Numbered from the stretch's first letter, positions 8,651-16,908 are shown. The stretch is DNA of 26,750 nucleotides from Vulcanimicrobiaceae bacterium (GCA_046262595.1 JBHEMM010000014.1:12938-39687); one strand, 5' to 3'. Notes: a model not told the origin generated them from the letters alone. A program made the numbers and translations.

Positions 8651-9324
8651 TGGCGCTGTTTCTCGCGCTGGACTGGACGGCGGCGTCCGCGCACGGTTGG
8701 AGACTGCTGCCCAAACCGCCCGGCGTCGTCGTGCAAGACCGCACGGTGTCTTTGACCGGTGAAGGAATGCGTTCGCATTGGCGCGCCATCGTCAGTAAAA
8801 CGCTTGCCGGACGAATGAGGGACGGCGCCGCGGTATACCAATGGCACCTCTCGATCTATGCGCCTGCCAGCGGCAATTCGGCGCGCCTTGCTTACCAAAG
8901 TCCGGGACGCTCGGCGCTGCTGGCAACGGTGCAGAAAGCGCGGGACGCGCCGATGTACTTTCCGCTTCAAACGCTCAGCATCGTGGGAACGGCGGAGCTG
9001 GAACGCCCCGCGGTGCAAGATTTGGTGGTCGCTTTTCAGGAAAGCGGCGCGGATTGCGGCATGGCCACCGTGGCGGTTCTGGGAGCGGACGCGCATGGGC
9101 GCATCAGCGTGCGCAAGTCGTTGACCAATTATTGCTCGCTCCATGCCGCCGTCGTGCGGGGCGGCGAGCTTGCGGCGCTGCGCATCACCGGCCCATACTA
9201 CACGGCGCGTTCCGCGGTGTGCTGCCCCGCCAAGGCAAAGGCAACCGCGATTCTGCGTTATCGTAACGGCGCGTGGATTCTTACGCCGGCAATTTTTCCG
9301 CCTGCGGCCTCGCGTCTGCCCTGA
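8632..9324 (+). CDS. Hypothetical exported Cys-containing protein
   Basis: Start at 8632 (MVRWYVMALFLAL..., signal-like) or 8650 (TAATG overlap). Contains ADCG, NYC and AVCCP. Confidence 0.65.
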   Translation: MVRWYVMALFLALDWTAASAHGWRLLPKPPGVVVQDRTVSLTGEGMRSHWRAIVSKTLAGRMRDGAAVYQWHLSIYAPASGNSARLAYQSPGRSALLATVQKARDAPMYFPLQTLSIVGTAELERPAVQDLVVAFQESGADCGMATVAVLGADAHGRISVRKSLTNYCSLHAAVVRGGELAALRITGPYYTARSAVCCPAKAKATAILRYRNGAWILTPAIFPPAASRLP

Positions 9325-10171
9325 GGGCGAAGAACACGCCGGCGATCACCAGCGCCGCCCCGGCGCCCTCCTGCACGCCGAAATGTTCGCCGCCGAAGAG
9401 AATGCCGACGGCGACCGCAATAACCGGAATGATTAGTGCCGACATCCCGACGATCCACGCGCGTACGCGCTTCAAAAGCCACAGATTCAAAAAGAAAGCG
9501 ACGGCGCTGCCGGCGATCGCCAGATACAGGATCGCAATGCACGAACCGGCCGAAAACGCGCGCGCCGGATCGAACGGTTCGGTCAGCAGGCCGAAAATAA
9601 AAACGGCGGCCCCCGCCAGCAGCATCGACGGAGGCAACGTTGCAAGTGGGTCGTTATGCGAGTGCCGTTTTGCATACACGTTCGCGAACGCCGAGGAAAG
9701 CGCCGCGCCGACAACGGCGAGCACGTACCAAAACGAGCCGTGCGTGCCCGTTTCCAACGAAATAACGCAGACACCCGTGAAAGCGATGGCCGCGCCGGCC
9801 CACGTCATGCCCGCCGTGCGCTCGCCCAGCAGATAGTGCCCGAAGCCGAACATAAAAAACGGAAGCACGCCGAAAAGGACGGCGGTCAATCCGGAGCTGA
9901 CATGCGTTTCCGCAAGATACGTCAGGATGTAGTTGATGCCGAAGAGGCAGCTCGCAAGGACGCCGACCAGTTTCCAAGGCAGGGCGCGCGGCGCAACGAG
10001 TTTGCCGCGCGCCGCGGCGAATGCGTACACGATCAGCCCCGCGAGGATAAAACGCATGCCCGCGCCGGTCGCGGGTGCGACGTAGTGCAGGCTGACCTTG
10101 ATGCCGAGCCAGGTCGTTCCCCAAATCAGGCACATCAGCGCGTATGCCGCGATCACGCGCGCGTTCAGCAT
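9281..10171 (-). CDS. EamA/DMT family transporter
   Basis: Motif IWGTTWLGIK...RF, about 10 hydrophobic helices in two repeats, and LYLAIAGSAVAF. Confidence 0.92.
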   Translation of the reverse strand: MLNARVIAAYALMCLIWGTTWLGIKVSLHYVAPATGAGMRFILAGLIVYAFAAARGKLVAPRALPWKLVGVLASCLFGINYILTYLAETHVSSGLTAVLFGVLPFFMFGFGHYLLGERTAGMTWAGAAIAFTGVCVISLETGTHGSFWYVLAVVGAALSSAFANVYAKRHSHNDPLATLPPSMLLAGAAVFIFGLLTEPFDPARAFSAGSCIAILYLAIAGSAVAFFLNLWLLKRVRAWIVGMSALIIPVIAVAVGILFGGEHFGVQEGAGAALVIAGVFFALRADARPQAEKLPA

Positions 10172-10314
10172 TTTCGGACGGGATAACGTTTCATTGACGT
10201 ACCGTAAACGAGCCGTGACGTCGGGCGTTGGGCATCAGCGCTCACGGTTACCGTGTGACAGATGGAGAGGCCCGCCAGAACGATAAGAATGAAGGCTGCT
10301 GGGCAGCGCGGCAC
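10165..10314 (-). CDS. Possible 49-aa small peptide with hydrophobic N-terminus
   Basis: GTG 10314 to TGA 10165 reads MPRCPAAFILIVLAGLSICHTVTVSADAQRPTSRLVYGTSMKRYPVRKC. It fills the XRE-EamA gap, but there is no clear RBS. Confidence 0.25.
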   Translation of the reverse strand: MPRCPAAFILIVLAGLSICHTVTVSADAQRPTSRLVYGTSMKRYPVRKC

Positions 10315-10319
10315 GCGCG

Positions 10320-10562
10320 CTAAGCGCCGAAAAGATATTCCTTGGGCGTGATTCGTCCGCCGAAGAATGCGGTGACGTCGATTCCATAAGCATCTGCTAG
10401 ACGGTTCAACTCGTCTTCATCCAGCGCGGTTTCAGCATCTTCGGCCAGTGAAAGACGCTCGGCCGGGATGTTCGCGCGCCGTGCCGCTTCTTCGAGCGGC
10501 AAACCCAGCCGCGCGCGCTGCAAGCCCAACTGCTCGGCCACTTGGTCGACGATATCAGCCAT
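10320..10562 (-). CDS. XRE-family helix-turn-helix protein (80 aa)
   Basis: Pattern L..QRARLGLPLEEAARRANI...LSLAE...L.RLADAYGIDVTAFF is typical of Cro/C1 HTH. TAATG overlap with the upstream paralog. Confidence 0.8.
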   Translation of the reverse strand: MADIVDQVAEQLGLQRARLGLPLEEAARRANIPAERLSLAEDAETALDEDELNRLADAYGIDVTAFFGGRITPKEYLFGA

Positions 10563-11092
10563 TACGTTTCAAACGGCGGCATCCGCCGCATCCCTTCAGG
10601 ATACGACGTTGGATGCTGCTCCATAAAATCCATGGAGAGCACCGCAAGATATTCGAAGTTTTCCCAGATGCCGGGATCGATTTTGCGACGCACGGCGGTG
10701 ACGGGCAGCAGCGCGTTCCAAGAATTCACCACCACGCCGCACCAGAGGTCGCACGCGATGCGGCGGTCGATGATCCCATGGCGCACGAACGCGCCCATCG
10801 ACTCGAAGAAGTTCGCCACGTTGCCGGCGGCACGCAACTCCGCAGGAAAAAACGGCTGCTCGAGTTTTGCGCGCATCTGCGGATCTTGCATGAGCGCCGG
10901 CAGCGCAAGTGCCGCAAACTCGCGAGCGTCTTGGAACTCGGCCGACTCCAACGTTTCCCGGCATTCCGTCAGAGCGACGATTTGATTGCTGCCGCGCATG
11001 TGCCGCAGCTGCATGAGCGCCGCGATTGCCGATGCCGCGATAACGACGAACGTCCCGAGCGTTGCAACGGCGGTCAGCCACTCGGCGGTCAT
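10562..11092 (-). CDS. Membrane-anchored hypothetical protein, DUF4760-like, paralog 3 of 3
   Basis: MTAEWLTAVATLGTFVVIAASAIAALMQLRHMR...ANFFESMG...WENFEYLA...RRMP. Start ATG 11092 forms an ATGA overlap with the paralog 2 stop. The family name is from memory, not from a search. Confidence 0.8.
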   Translation of the reverse strand: MTAEWLTAVATLGTFVVIAASAIAALMQLRHMRGSNQIVALTECRETLESAEFQDAREFAALALPALMQDPQMRAKLEQPFFPAELRAAGNVANFFESMGAFVRHGIIDRRIACDLWCGVVVNSWNALLPVTAVRRKIDPGIWENFEYLAVLSMDFMEQHPTSYPEGMRRMPPFET

Positions 11093-11670
11093 CGAAGACT
11101 GCGTTGGCGCAGCTTCCAGCGCTCGACGATCAGTGTGTCGGCCGGCATGCGCGCGACGCCGGGCGGATAGGTGCCGCCCGGGTGCTGTTGGATGAAGTCC
11201 GTTCCCAGACGGGCGAGGTATTCGAAGTTCTCCCAAATGGATGGCGACTGCAGTTTGTGGCGCAGCAAAGCGGCGACGGGCGAGATGGATCGCCACGCGC
11301 TCGTCACGTTCTCCGAGTACAGCGTGCATACGATATTTGAATCAAGCAGATTGGTCAGCACGAACGCGCCCATGTCTTCAAAGAAGTTCGCAATGGTGCG
11401 AATGGCGGCGTATTCGCCCGTGAACGGCGGCGCTTCGGCTAACTCGTCGAGCACGCTGTCGTCTTTGAGCCGTTCGGGCAGAACGCTTCGTACGTAAGCA
11501 AAGGCGAGTTGAAACTCTTGCGTGTCGAACTCGGCATTATAAGCCGTAAAAAGCGAGATCGCGTTTCCGCTGCGCATGTGCCGCAATTGCATCAGCGCGG
11601 CAACTGCGGACGCCGCGATGACCGCAAACGTGCCGAGCGTCGCGAGGGCTGTGACCCACTCAGCCGACAC
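11089..11670 (-). CDS. Membrane-anchored hypothetical protein, DUF4760-like, paralog 2 of 3
   Basis: GTG 11670 start reads (M)SAEWVTALATLGTFAVIAASAVAALMQLRHMR...ANFFEDMG...WENFEYLA...ARMP and aligns with both flanking copies. Confidence 0.8.
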   Translation of the reverse strand: MSAEWVTALATLGTFAVIAASAVAALMQLRHMRSGNAISLFTAYNAEFDTQEFQLAFAYVRSVLPERLKDDSVLDELAEAPPFTGEYAAIRTIANFFEDMGAFVLTNLLDSNIVCTLYSENVTSAWRSISPVAALLRHKLQSPSIWENFEYLARLGTDFIQQHPGGTYPPGVARMPADTLIVERWKLRQRSLR

Positions 11671-12226
11671 GGTGCGTGACCTTTTCAAGAAGCGAATGAT
11701 CCTTCGGCATGCGCCGCATCTCTTTTGGAAAGCTGCTGGGCGTTCTCTGCGCGTAGTCTTCGGAGAGCACGGCCATATATTCGAAATTTTCCCACAGCGA
11801 GTCGTTGCCGATGCTGTTGCGCACGAAGGCCGTCACGGGAGCGAGTGCGTTCCAATTGCGCAAAACCACAAACGCCCAGAAGTCGCAAGCGATCTCGCGG
11901 TCGATGATGCCGGCTTTTACGAACAACCCCATGCTCTCGAAGAAATTCGCCACCGTCCCGATGGCCTGATATTCATCCACGAAAGGAAGCGTTGCGGCGC
12001 GCGCGCACTCGCCAGGATCGGAAAGCCGTTTGGGGAGTTCGAAGGAAACGAAGCGCTGTGCCTCGCGGAACTCCGGTGACTCGAGCGTTTCCCGGCATTC
12101 GGTCAAGGCGACGATCTGATTGCTGCCGCGCATGTGCCGCAGCTGCATCAGCGCGGCGAGCGCGGACGCCGCGATGACGACGAACGTGCCGAGCGTGCCC
12201 GCGGCGGTAAGCCACTCCGCAGTCAT
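11660..12226 (-). CDS. Membrane-anchored hypothetical protein, DUF4760-like, paralog 1 of 3
   Basis: ATG 12226 lies 5 nt after the carboxyltransferase stop. Reads MTAEWLTAAGTLGTFVVIAASALAALMQLRHMR...ANFFESMG...WENFEYMA...RRMP. Confidence 0.8.
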   Translation of the reverse strand: MTAEWLTAAGTLGTFVVIAASALAALMQLRHMRGSNQIVALTECRETLESPEFREAQRFVSFELPKRLSDPGECARAATLPFVDEYQAIGTVANFFESMGLFVKAGIIDREIACDFWAFVVLRNWNALAPVTAFVRNSIGNDSLWENFEYMAVLSEDYAQRTPSSFPKEMRRMPKDHSLLEKVTHRVG

Positions 12227-12231
12227 CCGCC

Positions 12232-13815
12232 TTACATCCTGAAAATGCCGAAGTTCGTTTGCGCAAGCGGCGCGTTGGCGGCGGCTTCCAGTCCGATCGC
12301 GATGACTGCTCGCGTGTCGAGCGGGTCGATGATGCCGTCGTCCCACAAACGTGCGGTCGAATAGTAGGGGCTGCCTTCGGTTTCGTATTTTTCCAAAATT
12401 GGACGCTCGAATTCCGCCTTTTGCTCGGGCGTCATCTCTCCTTTGACGGTGGAGAGCACGCTTGCGGCTTGCGGCCCGCCCATCACGGAGATGCGCGCGT
12501 TGGGCCACATCCAGAGCTGCCGCGGCGAGTAGGCGCGGCCGCACATGCCGTAATTTCCCGCGCCGAAACTGCCGCCGATGACGACGGTGAACTTCGGTAC
12601 TTCGGCGCAAGCCACGGCTGTCACAAGTTTGGCGCCGTCTTTGGCGATGCCGCCGTTCTCGTACTCTTTGCCCACCATAAAGCCCGTGATATTCTGCAAA
12701 AACAGCAGCGGCGTCCCGCGCTGCGCGCACAGTTCGATAAAATGCGCGCCTTTGAGCGCGCTCTCGCTAAAGAGGATGCCGTTGTTTGCGATGATGCCGA
12801 CGGGGTGGCCCTCGATATGCGCGAACCCCGTCACGAGCGTGGTGCCGTAGCGTTCCTTGAACTCGTGCAGTTCCGAGCCGTCCACGATGCGCGCGATCAC
12901 TTCCCGGACATCGTATCCCGTGCGGCTGTCGGCCGGAATCACGCCGTAGATCTCGCGCGGATCGTATTTCGGGGCAAGCGGCTCGCGCGTATTCCAGCGC
13001 CGCGGCAGCTCACGATGGACGTTGGAGAGGATCGACCGGACGATCGCGAGCGCATGTTCGTCGTCGTTGGCGAGGTGATCCGCAACTCCGGAGATGCGCG
13101 TGTGCACGTCGGCGCCGCCCAGTTCTTCGGCGGTCACCTCTTCGCCGGTCGCCGCTTTCACCAGCGGCGGGCCGCCCAAGAAGATCGTGCCGTTGCCCTT
13201 AACGATGACGGTTTCGTCCGACATCGCGGGTACGTACGCGCCGCCGGCGGTGCACGAACCCATCACTGCGGCGATCTGCGGAATCTTCTTGCCCGACATC
13301 CGCGCCTGGTTATAGAAGATACGCCCGAAATGATCGCGGTCCGGAAAAACCTCGGCCTGCAGCGGCAAGAACGCGCCGCCGGAATCGACGAGATAAATGC
13401 ACGGCAGATGGTTCTGCTCGGCAATCTCTTGGGCGCGCAGATGTTTTTTCACCGTCATCGGGTAGTACGTGCCGCCTTTAACGGTCGCGTCGTTTGCAAC
13501 GATCACGCAGTGGCGTCCGTGCACGATGCCGATGCCGGTCACCATTCCGGCGGCCGGCGCGCCGCCGCCGTACATGCCGTTCGCCGCTAGCGCCGAAAAC
13601 TCCAAAAACGGAGCACCGGGATCGAGCAGGCGGTCCACGCGCTCGCGCGCCGTAAGCTTGCCGCGCTTGCGGTGCTTGGCAACCGCCTCCGGTCCGCCGC
13701 CGCCGCGCGCGCCGGCAAGCGCTTCACGAAGCCCCGCCATGAGGGAGTTCATGCGCTCGACGTTCGCGCCGTACGGTTCGCTGCGCCGGTCGAGGCGCGT
13801 TTGAAGCACTGCCAT
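12232..13815 (-). CDS. liuB: 3-methylcrotonyl-CoA carboxylase beta subunit (carboxyltransferase)
   Basis: Motifs [71 protein letters not shown] and [11 protein letters not shown]. Confidence 0.95.
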   Translation of the reverse strand: MAVLQTRLDRRSEPYGANVERMNSLMAGLREALAGARGGGGPEAVAKHRKRGKLTARERVDRLLDPGAPFLEFSALAANGMYGGGAPAAGMVTGIGIVHGRHCVIVANDATVKGGTYYPMTVKKHLRAQEIAEQNHLPCIYLVDSGGAFLPLQAEVFPDRDHFGRIFYNQARMSGKKIPQIAAVMGSCTAGGAYVPAMSDETVIVKGNGTIFLGGPPLVKAATGEEVTAEELGGADVHTRISGVADHLANDDEHALAIVRSILSNVHRELPRRWNTREPLAPKYDPREIYGVIPADSRTGYDVREVIARIVDGSELHEFKERYGTTLVTGFAHIEGHPVGIIANNGILFSESALKGAHFIELCAQRGTPLLFLQNITGFMVGKEYENGGIAKDGAKLVTAVACAEVPKFTVVIGGSFGAGNYGMCGRAYSPRQLWMWPNARISVMGGPQAASVLSTVKGEMTPEQKAEFERPILEKYETEGSPYYSTARLWDDGIIDPLDTRAVIAIGLEAAANAPLAQTNFGIFRM

Positions 13816-13869
13816 CGCCCGCCGCTTTCGTCTAACGCTGCTTTAAGACCGTTTTGGCGCCCCCTGCGT

Positions 13870-13875
13870 TACCAT
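13870..13875 (+). promoter_or_regulatory. Putative -10 box (TACCAT) of a leaderless-type promoter
   Basis: TANNNT hexamer 6 nt upstream of ATG 13882, with no SD sequence. Confidence 0.5.
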
Positions 13876-13881
13876 AGCCCT

Positions 13882-15375
13882 ATGGCAACCGCGCAGATTT
13901 CGCAGACCGACGTGGCGGGCATCAACCGGCCCGCGGGCATACTGGACGCCGGCGGCGCGCTCGCTCCTTTTCAAGGCGCTTGGTCGGCCCGGCTGGCTGC
14001 GCACCTTTTGCGGCGGGCTGGATTCGGCGGAACGCAGGACGAGATTGCGCGCCTTGCCGCGATGCCGGTGAGCGGTGCGGTCGAATCACTCGTCAATTTT
14101 CCGGATACGCGGACTTTGCCGCAGCCGGATGATGTCTACGATCCGCGCCAGGATCTGCAAAACGACCTTCCCCGCACAATGCGCGCCTTCATGGGCAGCC
14201 CCGGCGCGCGGCAAGAGTTGTTAAAACAGATCCGCAAGCGCGAGCGCGAATCCGTCATCTCGCTGCAAAACTGGTGGCTGAACCGCATGCTCACCACGCC
14301 GGCGCCGCTGCAGGAGAAGATGGCGCTATACTTTCACGGGCACTTCACGACCGCAGCGATTCAAAAAGGCGTCACGCCGGTGATGACGTTCGAGCAGAAC
14401 CAGCTGTTCAGGAACGCCGCGCTCGGCAATCTGCGCGGGCTCACGCAGCAAGTCTCGGTAGGCCCCGCAATGCTGCTTTATTTGGACAACGCGAAGAGCG
14501 ATCCCGAGCATCCCAACGAGAACTATGCCCGCGAATTGATGGAACTGTTCACGCTCGGCGTCGATCACTACAGCGAAGACGACGTGCGCGCCTCGGCGCG
14601 CGCATGGACCGGATGGGCGGTGATCCGGCGCACCGGTGAAGCTCGCTATAATGAAGCGCGCCACGACGGCGGCAGTAAGACGTTTTTGGGGCGAACCGGT
14701 AACTGGACGGGCAAGGACATCGTCGACATCATCTACGATCAGCCGGCGTGCGCCGAGTTCTGGGCGAACAGTCTGCTCAATTTCTTCGTCTACAACGATC
14801 CGGAGCCGCAACTCGTTCGCGCCGTGGCGCACACGATCCGCAAGAACGATTTCAACCTCAAGCCGGTGGTCTCGACGCTTTTGCGGAGCAACGTGTTTTT
14901 CTCCGATCGCGCGTACCGTGCGCTCGTGAAGAGTCCGGTCGAGTTCGTCGTCGGCACGTATAAGACGCTGGGCGTTTCACCGATCGACGTGCGCGCGCAG
15001 CAGGCGCTCAATCAGATGGGCCAGATTCTCTTCTATCCGCCCAACGTCGCCGGCTGGCCCGGCGGCGTGAATTGGCTGACCTCGCAAACGATGATCGTCC
15101 GTCAAAACTTCGTCGCTTCGCTCGTGAACTCGCCGCTGATGCAAAACGCCGGCTGGATGACGCAGGTTCCGGTGAACGCGCCGCAAGCGGCGGCCAATCT
15201 GGTGCGGCGCATCTTGTCCGGCGATGCTTCCGGGGCGGGCGTTGCGCAGTTGGTCGACTACCTCAACGGTACGGATACTTCGGCGCTCGGCAAGCTTTCG
15301 GGTGAAAACTACGACGAGCGAGTGCGCGGCGCGGCTTACCTGACGATGGCGATGCCCGCCTATCAGCTCAACTAA
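13882..15375 (+). CDS. DUF1800 family protein
   Basis: Motifs AAHLLRRAGFG, WWLNRM...PLQEKMAL.F.HGHF, MLLYLDN, PNENYARELMELFTLG, KSPVEF and GQ.LFYPPNVAGW. Start moved to MATAQ because the upstream extension overlaps liuB. Confidence 0.92.
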   Translation: MATAQISQTDVAGINRPAGILDAGGALAPFQGAWSARLAAHLLRRAGFGGTQDEIARLAAMPVSGAVESLVNFPDTRTLPQPDDVYDPRQDLQNDLPRTMRAFMGSPGARQELLKQIRKRERESVISLQNWWLNRMLTTPAPLQEKMALYFHGHFTTAAIQKGVTPVMTFEQNQLFRNAALGNLRGLTQQVSVGPAMLLYLDNAKSDPEHPNENYARELMELFTLGVDHYSEDDVRASARAWTGWAVIRRTGEARYNEARHDGGSKTFLGRTGNWTGKDIVDIIYDQPACAEFWANSLLNFFVYNDPEPQLVRAVAHTIRKNDFNLKPVVSTLLRSNVFFSDRAYRALVKSPVEFVVGTYKTLGVSPIDVRAQQALNQMGQILFYPPNVAGWPGGVNWLTSQTMIVRQNFVASLVNSPLMQNAGWMTQVPVNAPQAAANLVRRILSGDASGAGVAQLVDYLNGTDTSALGKLSGENYDERVRGAAYLTMAMPAYQLN

Positions 15376-15376
15376 T

Positions 15377-15538
15377 ATGCATTCATACGACGCCGCCCAC
15401 GCGCAGGCCATCGATCGCGGCGGCGCCCACGAGGAGGCATTTGTGCTAGCAGAATCTGTACGCGCCATGCGGTCCATGGGGGCCCCATTGCCTGCAATGG
15501 GGGGCGCGCAGGCCAGGCCGGAGCGCCCTTCCAAATGA
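15377..15538 (+). CDS. Possible 53-aa bridging ORF between DUF1800 and DUF1501
   Basis: ATG lies 1 nt after the DUF1800 stop, and the TGA overlaps the DUF1501 ATG (ATGA). Reads MHSYDAAHAQAIDRGGAHEEAFVLAESVRAMRSMGAPLPAMGGAQARPERPSK. Confidence 0.35.
   Translation: MHSYDAAHAQAIDRGGAHEEAFVLAESVRAMRSMGAPLPAMGGAQARPERPSK
15483..15502. repeat. REP-like inverted repeat CCCCATTG-CCTG-CAATGGGG
   Basis: Perfect 8-bp stem with a 4-nt loop and no U-tract. Single copy in this window. Confidence 0.55.
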
Positions 15539-16752
15539 AACGCGCCAATTTTTTACTCGGATCCGTAAGCGGCCTGGTCGTCGTTGGCAGCACGCAGCAT
15601 ATCTTTGCGCGCGCGCTGGCGGATGCGCCGCTTCCAGGTCTGCCGGCGGCGGCGGATCGTGTGCTCGTCGTGGTGAACTTGCAAGGCGGCAACGACGGAC
15701 TGAATTGCGTCGTTCCGCACGCGGATCCGCAATACTATCAGCTGCGGCCCGGCATCGCCGTTTCGCGTAACGACGTGTTGCGCGTGAACGACCGGATTGG
15801 GTTGAACCCCAACATGAGAGCGTTCAAAGATCTGTTCGACAAAGGCAGTGTCGCGATCGTTCAAAACGTCGGCTACCCCGATCCCGATCACTCCCACTTC
15901 CGTTCGACCGAAATTTGGCAGACCGCGGTTCCCGCCAGATACGAGCACACCGGCTGGCTCGGACGTTATTTGGACGACGCCGGTCTGCCGAAAGCAAATC
16001 TGTTCAACGGCGTCGCCGTCTCGCAAGTGCTGCCTGAAGCGTTTGTAGCAAGCCATACCGACGTTCCGGCGGTCGCGCAGATCAATGGTTACGGGCTCGC
16101 GAGCGATCGCAATGACGCCGCGCGCGACGCCTACGCGAAGATCGCCGGCGAAGGCATGCCGTTCAAGTCGCCTTATTTGGGCCATGTGGCGCAGATCGAA
16201 GATCACGCGCAGCGCGGATCGGAAGAACTTCCGCGCCTGATCGCGGGCTACAAGCCGGCCGGCGCGTACCCGGCGACGCCACTCGGCCGCAGTCTTGCGC
16301 TGGCTGCGCAGATCATCGGAAGTAAAACGGGAACGCGCATTTTGTACGTGCAGCACGGCTCGTTCGACACGCACGTGAGCCAGAAAGCGGTTCAGGACCG
16401 CTTACTGCTGCAACTCTCGGAGGGCATCAAAGCTTTCTACGGCGACCTTGCCGCACATGGCAACGACCGGCGCGTGCTTACGATGACCTTCTCCGAGTTC
16501 GGGCGCCGTGCTGCCGAAAACGCGAACCGCGGCACCGACCACGGCGAAGCTTCGCCGCTCTTTTTAATCGGCGGCGGCGTGAAGGGCGGCGTATACGGCG
16601 CCTACCCGGACCTCGCCAATCTGAGCAATGGCAACGTGCGATACAATACCGACTTCCGCAGCGTCTACGCGACGATCCTCGAGCGCTGGCTCGGCCGCTC
16701 GTCCCAGAACATCTTGCGCGGAAGTTTTCCTCTGCTGGCCGCATTAGGTTAA
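15535..16752 (+). CDS. DUF1501 family protein
   Basis: Motifs LVVVNLQGGNDGLN.VVP, VGYP.PD.SHFRS.EIW, TGWLGR, FDTH, FSEFGRR..EN...GTDHG and DFRSVYATIL. It is the usual partner of DUF1800. Confidence 0.93.
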   Translation: MKRANFLLGSVSGLVVVGSTQHIFARALADAPLPGLPAAADRVLVVVNLQGGNDGLNCVVPHADPQYYQLRPGIAVSRNDVLRVNDRIGLNPNMRAFKDLFDKGSVAIVQNVGYPDPDHSHFRSTEIWQTAVPARYEHTGWLGRYLDDAGLPKANLFNGVAVSQVLPEAFVASHTDVPAVAQINGYGLASDRNDAARDAYAKIAGEGMPFKSPYLGHVAQIEDHAQRGSEELPRLIAGYKPAGAYPATPLGRSLALAAQIIGSKTGTRILYVQHGSFDTHVSQKAVQDRLLLQLSEGIKAFYGDLAAHGNDRRVLTMTFSEFGRRAAENANRGTDHGEASPLFLIGGGVKGGVYGAYPDLANLSNGNVRYNTDFRSVYATILERWLGRSSQNILRGSFPLLAALG

Positions 16753-16908
16753 TAAACGGACCGGGCGCTTAAACGCAGCGTAAAGATAAGAGTAACGGCG
16801 CCCACTTTTCTCGCAGGGTACAACCGGCCAGCCGACAAACGTCCAGCACGCTGCACTCGGAATGGGCGAGCGGGCCCATGACGGTTTTTTTGGAGAGACG
16901 GACCTGGC

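Noticed and set aside
10562..12226. Repeated nucleotide blocks as a possible CRISPR array or diversity-generating retroelement TR/VR pair
   Set aside because: The repeats are coding paralogy about 0.55 kb apart. There is no repeat-spacer periodicity, no cas or reverse transcriptase gene, and no evident adenine-specific mismatch pattern.
7049..12231. Prophage or mobile-element call for the block splitting the liu cluster
   Set aside because: I saw no integrase, transposase, att-like repeats or obvious compositional shift. A lone XRE gene is not enough to support the call.
12227..12730. N-terminal extension of paralog 1 in the ORF track (356 aa), and similarly 11093-11329 for paralog 3
   Set aside because: The extensions overlap upstream genes out of frame. 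Alignment of the three copies fixes the starts at MTAEW/VSAEW.
12259..13590. 443-aa plus-strand ORF
   Set aside because: It is the antisense shadow of liuB.
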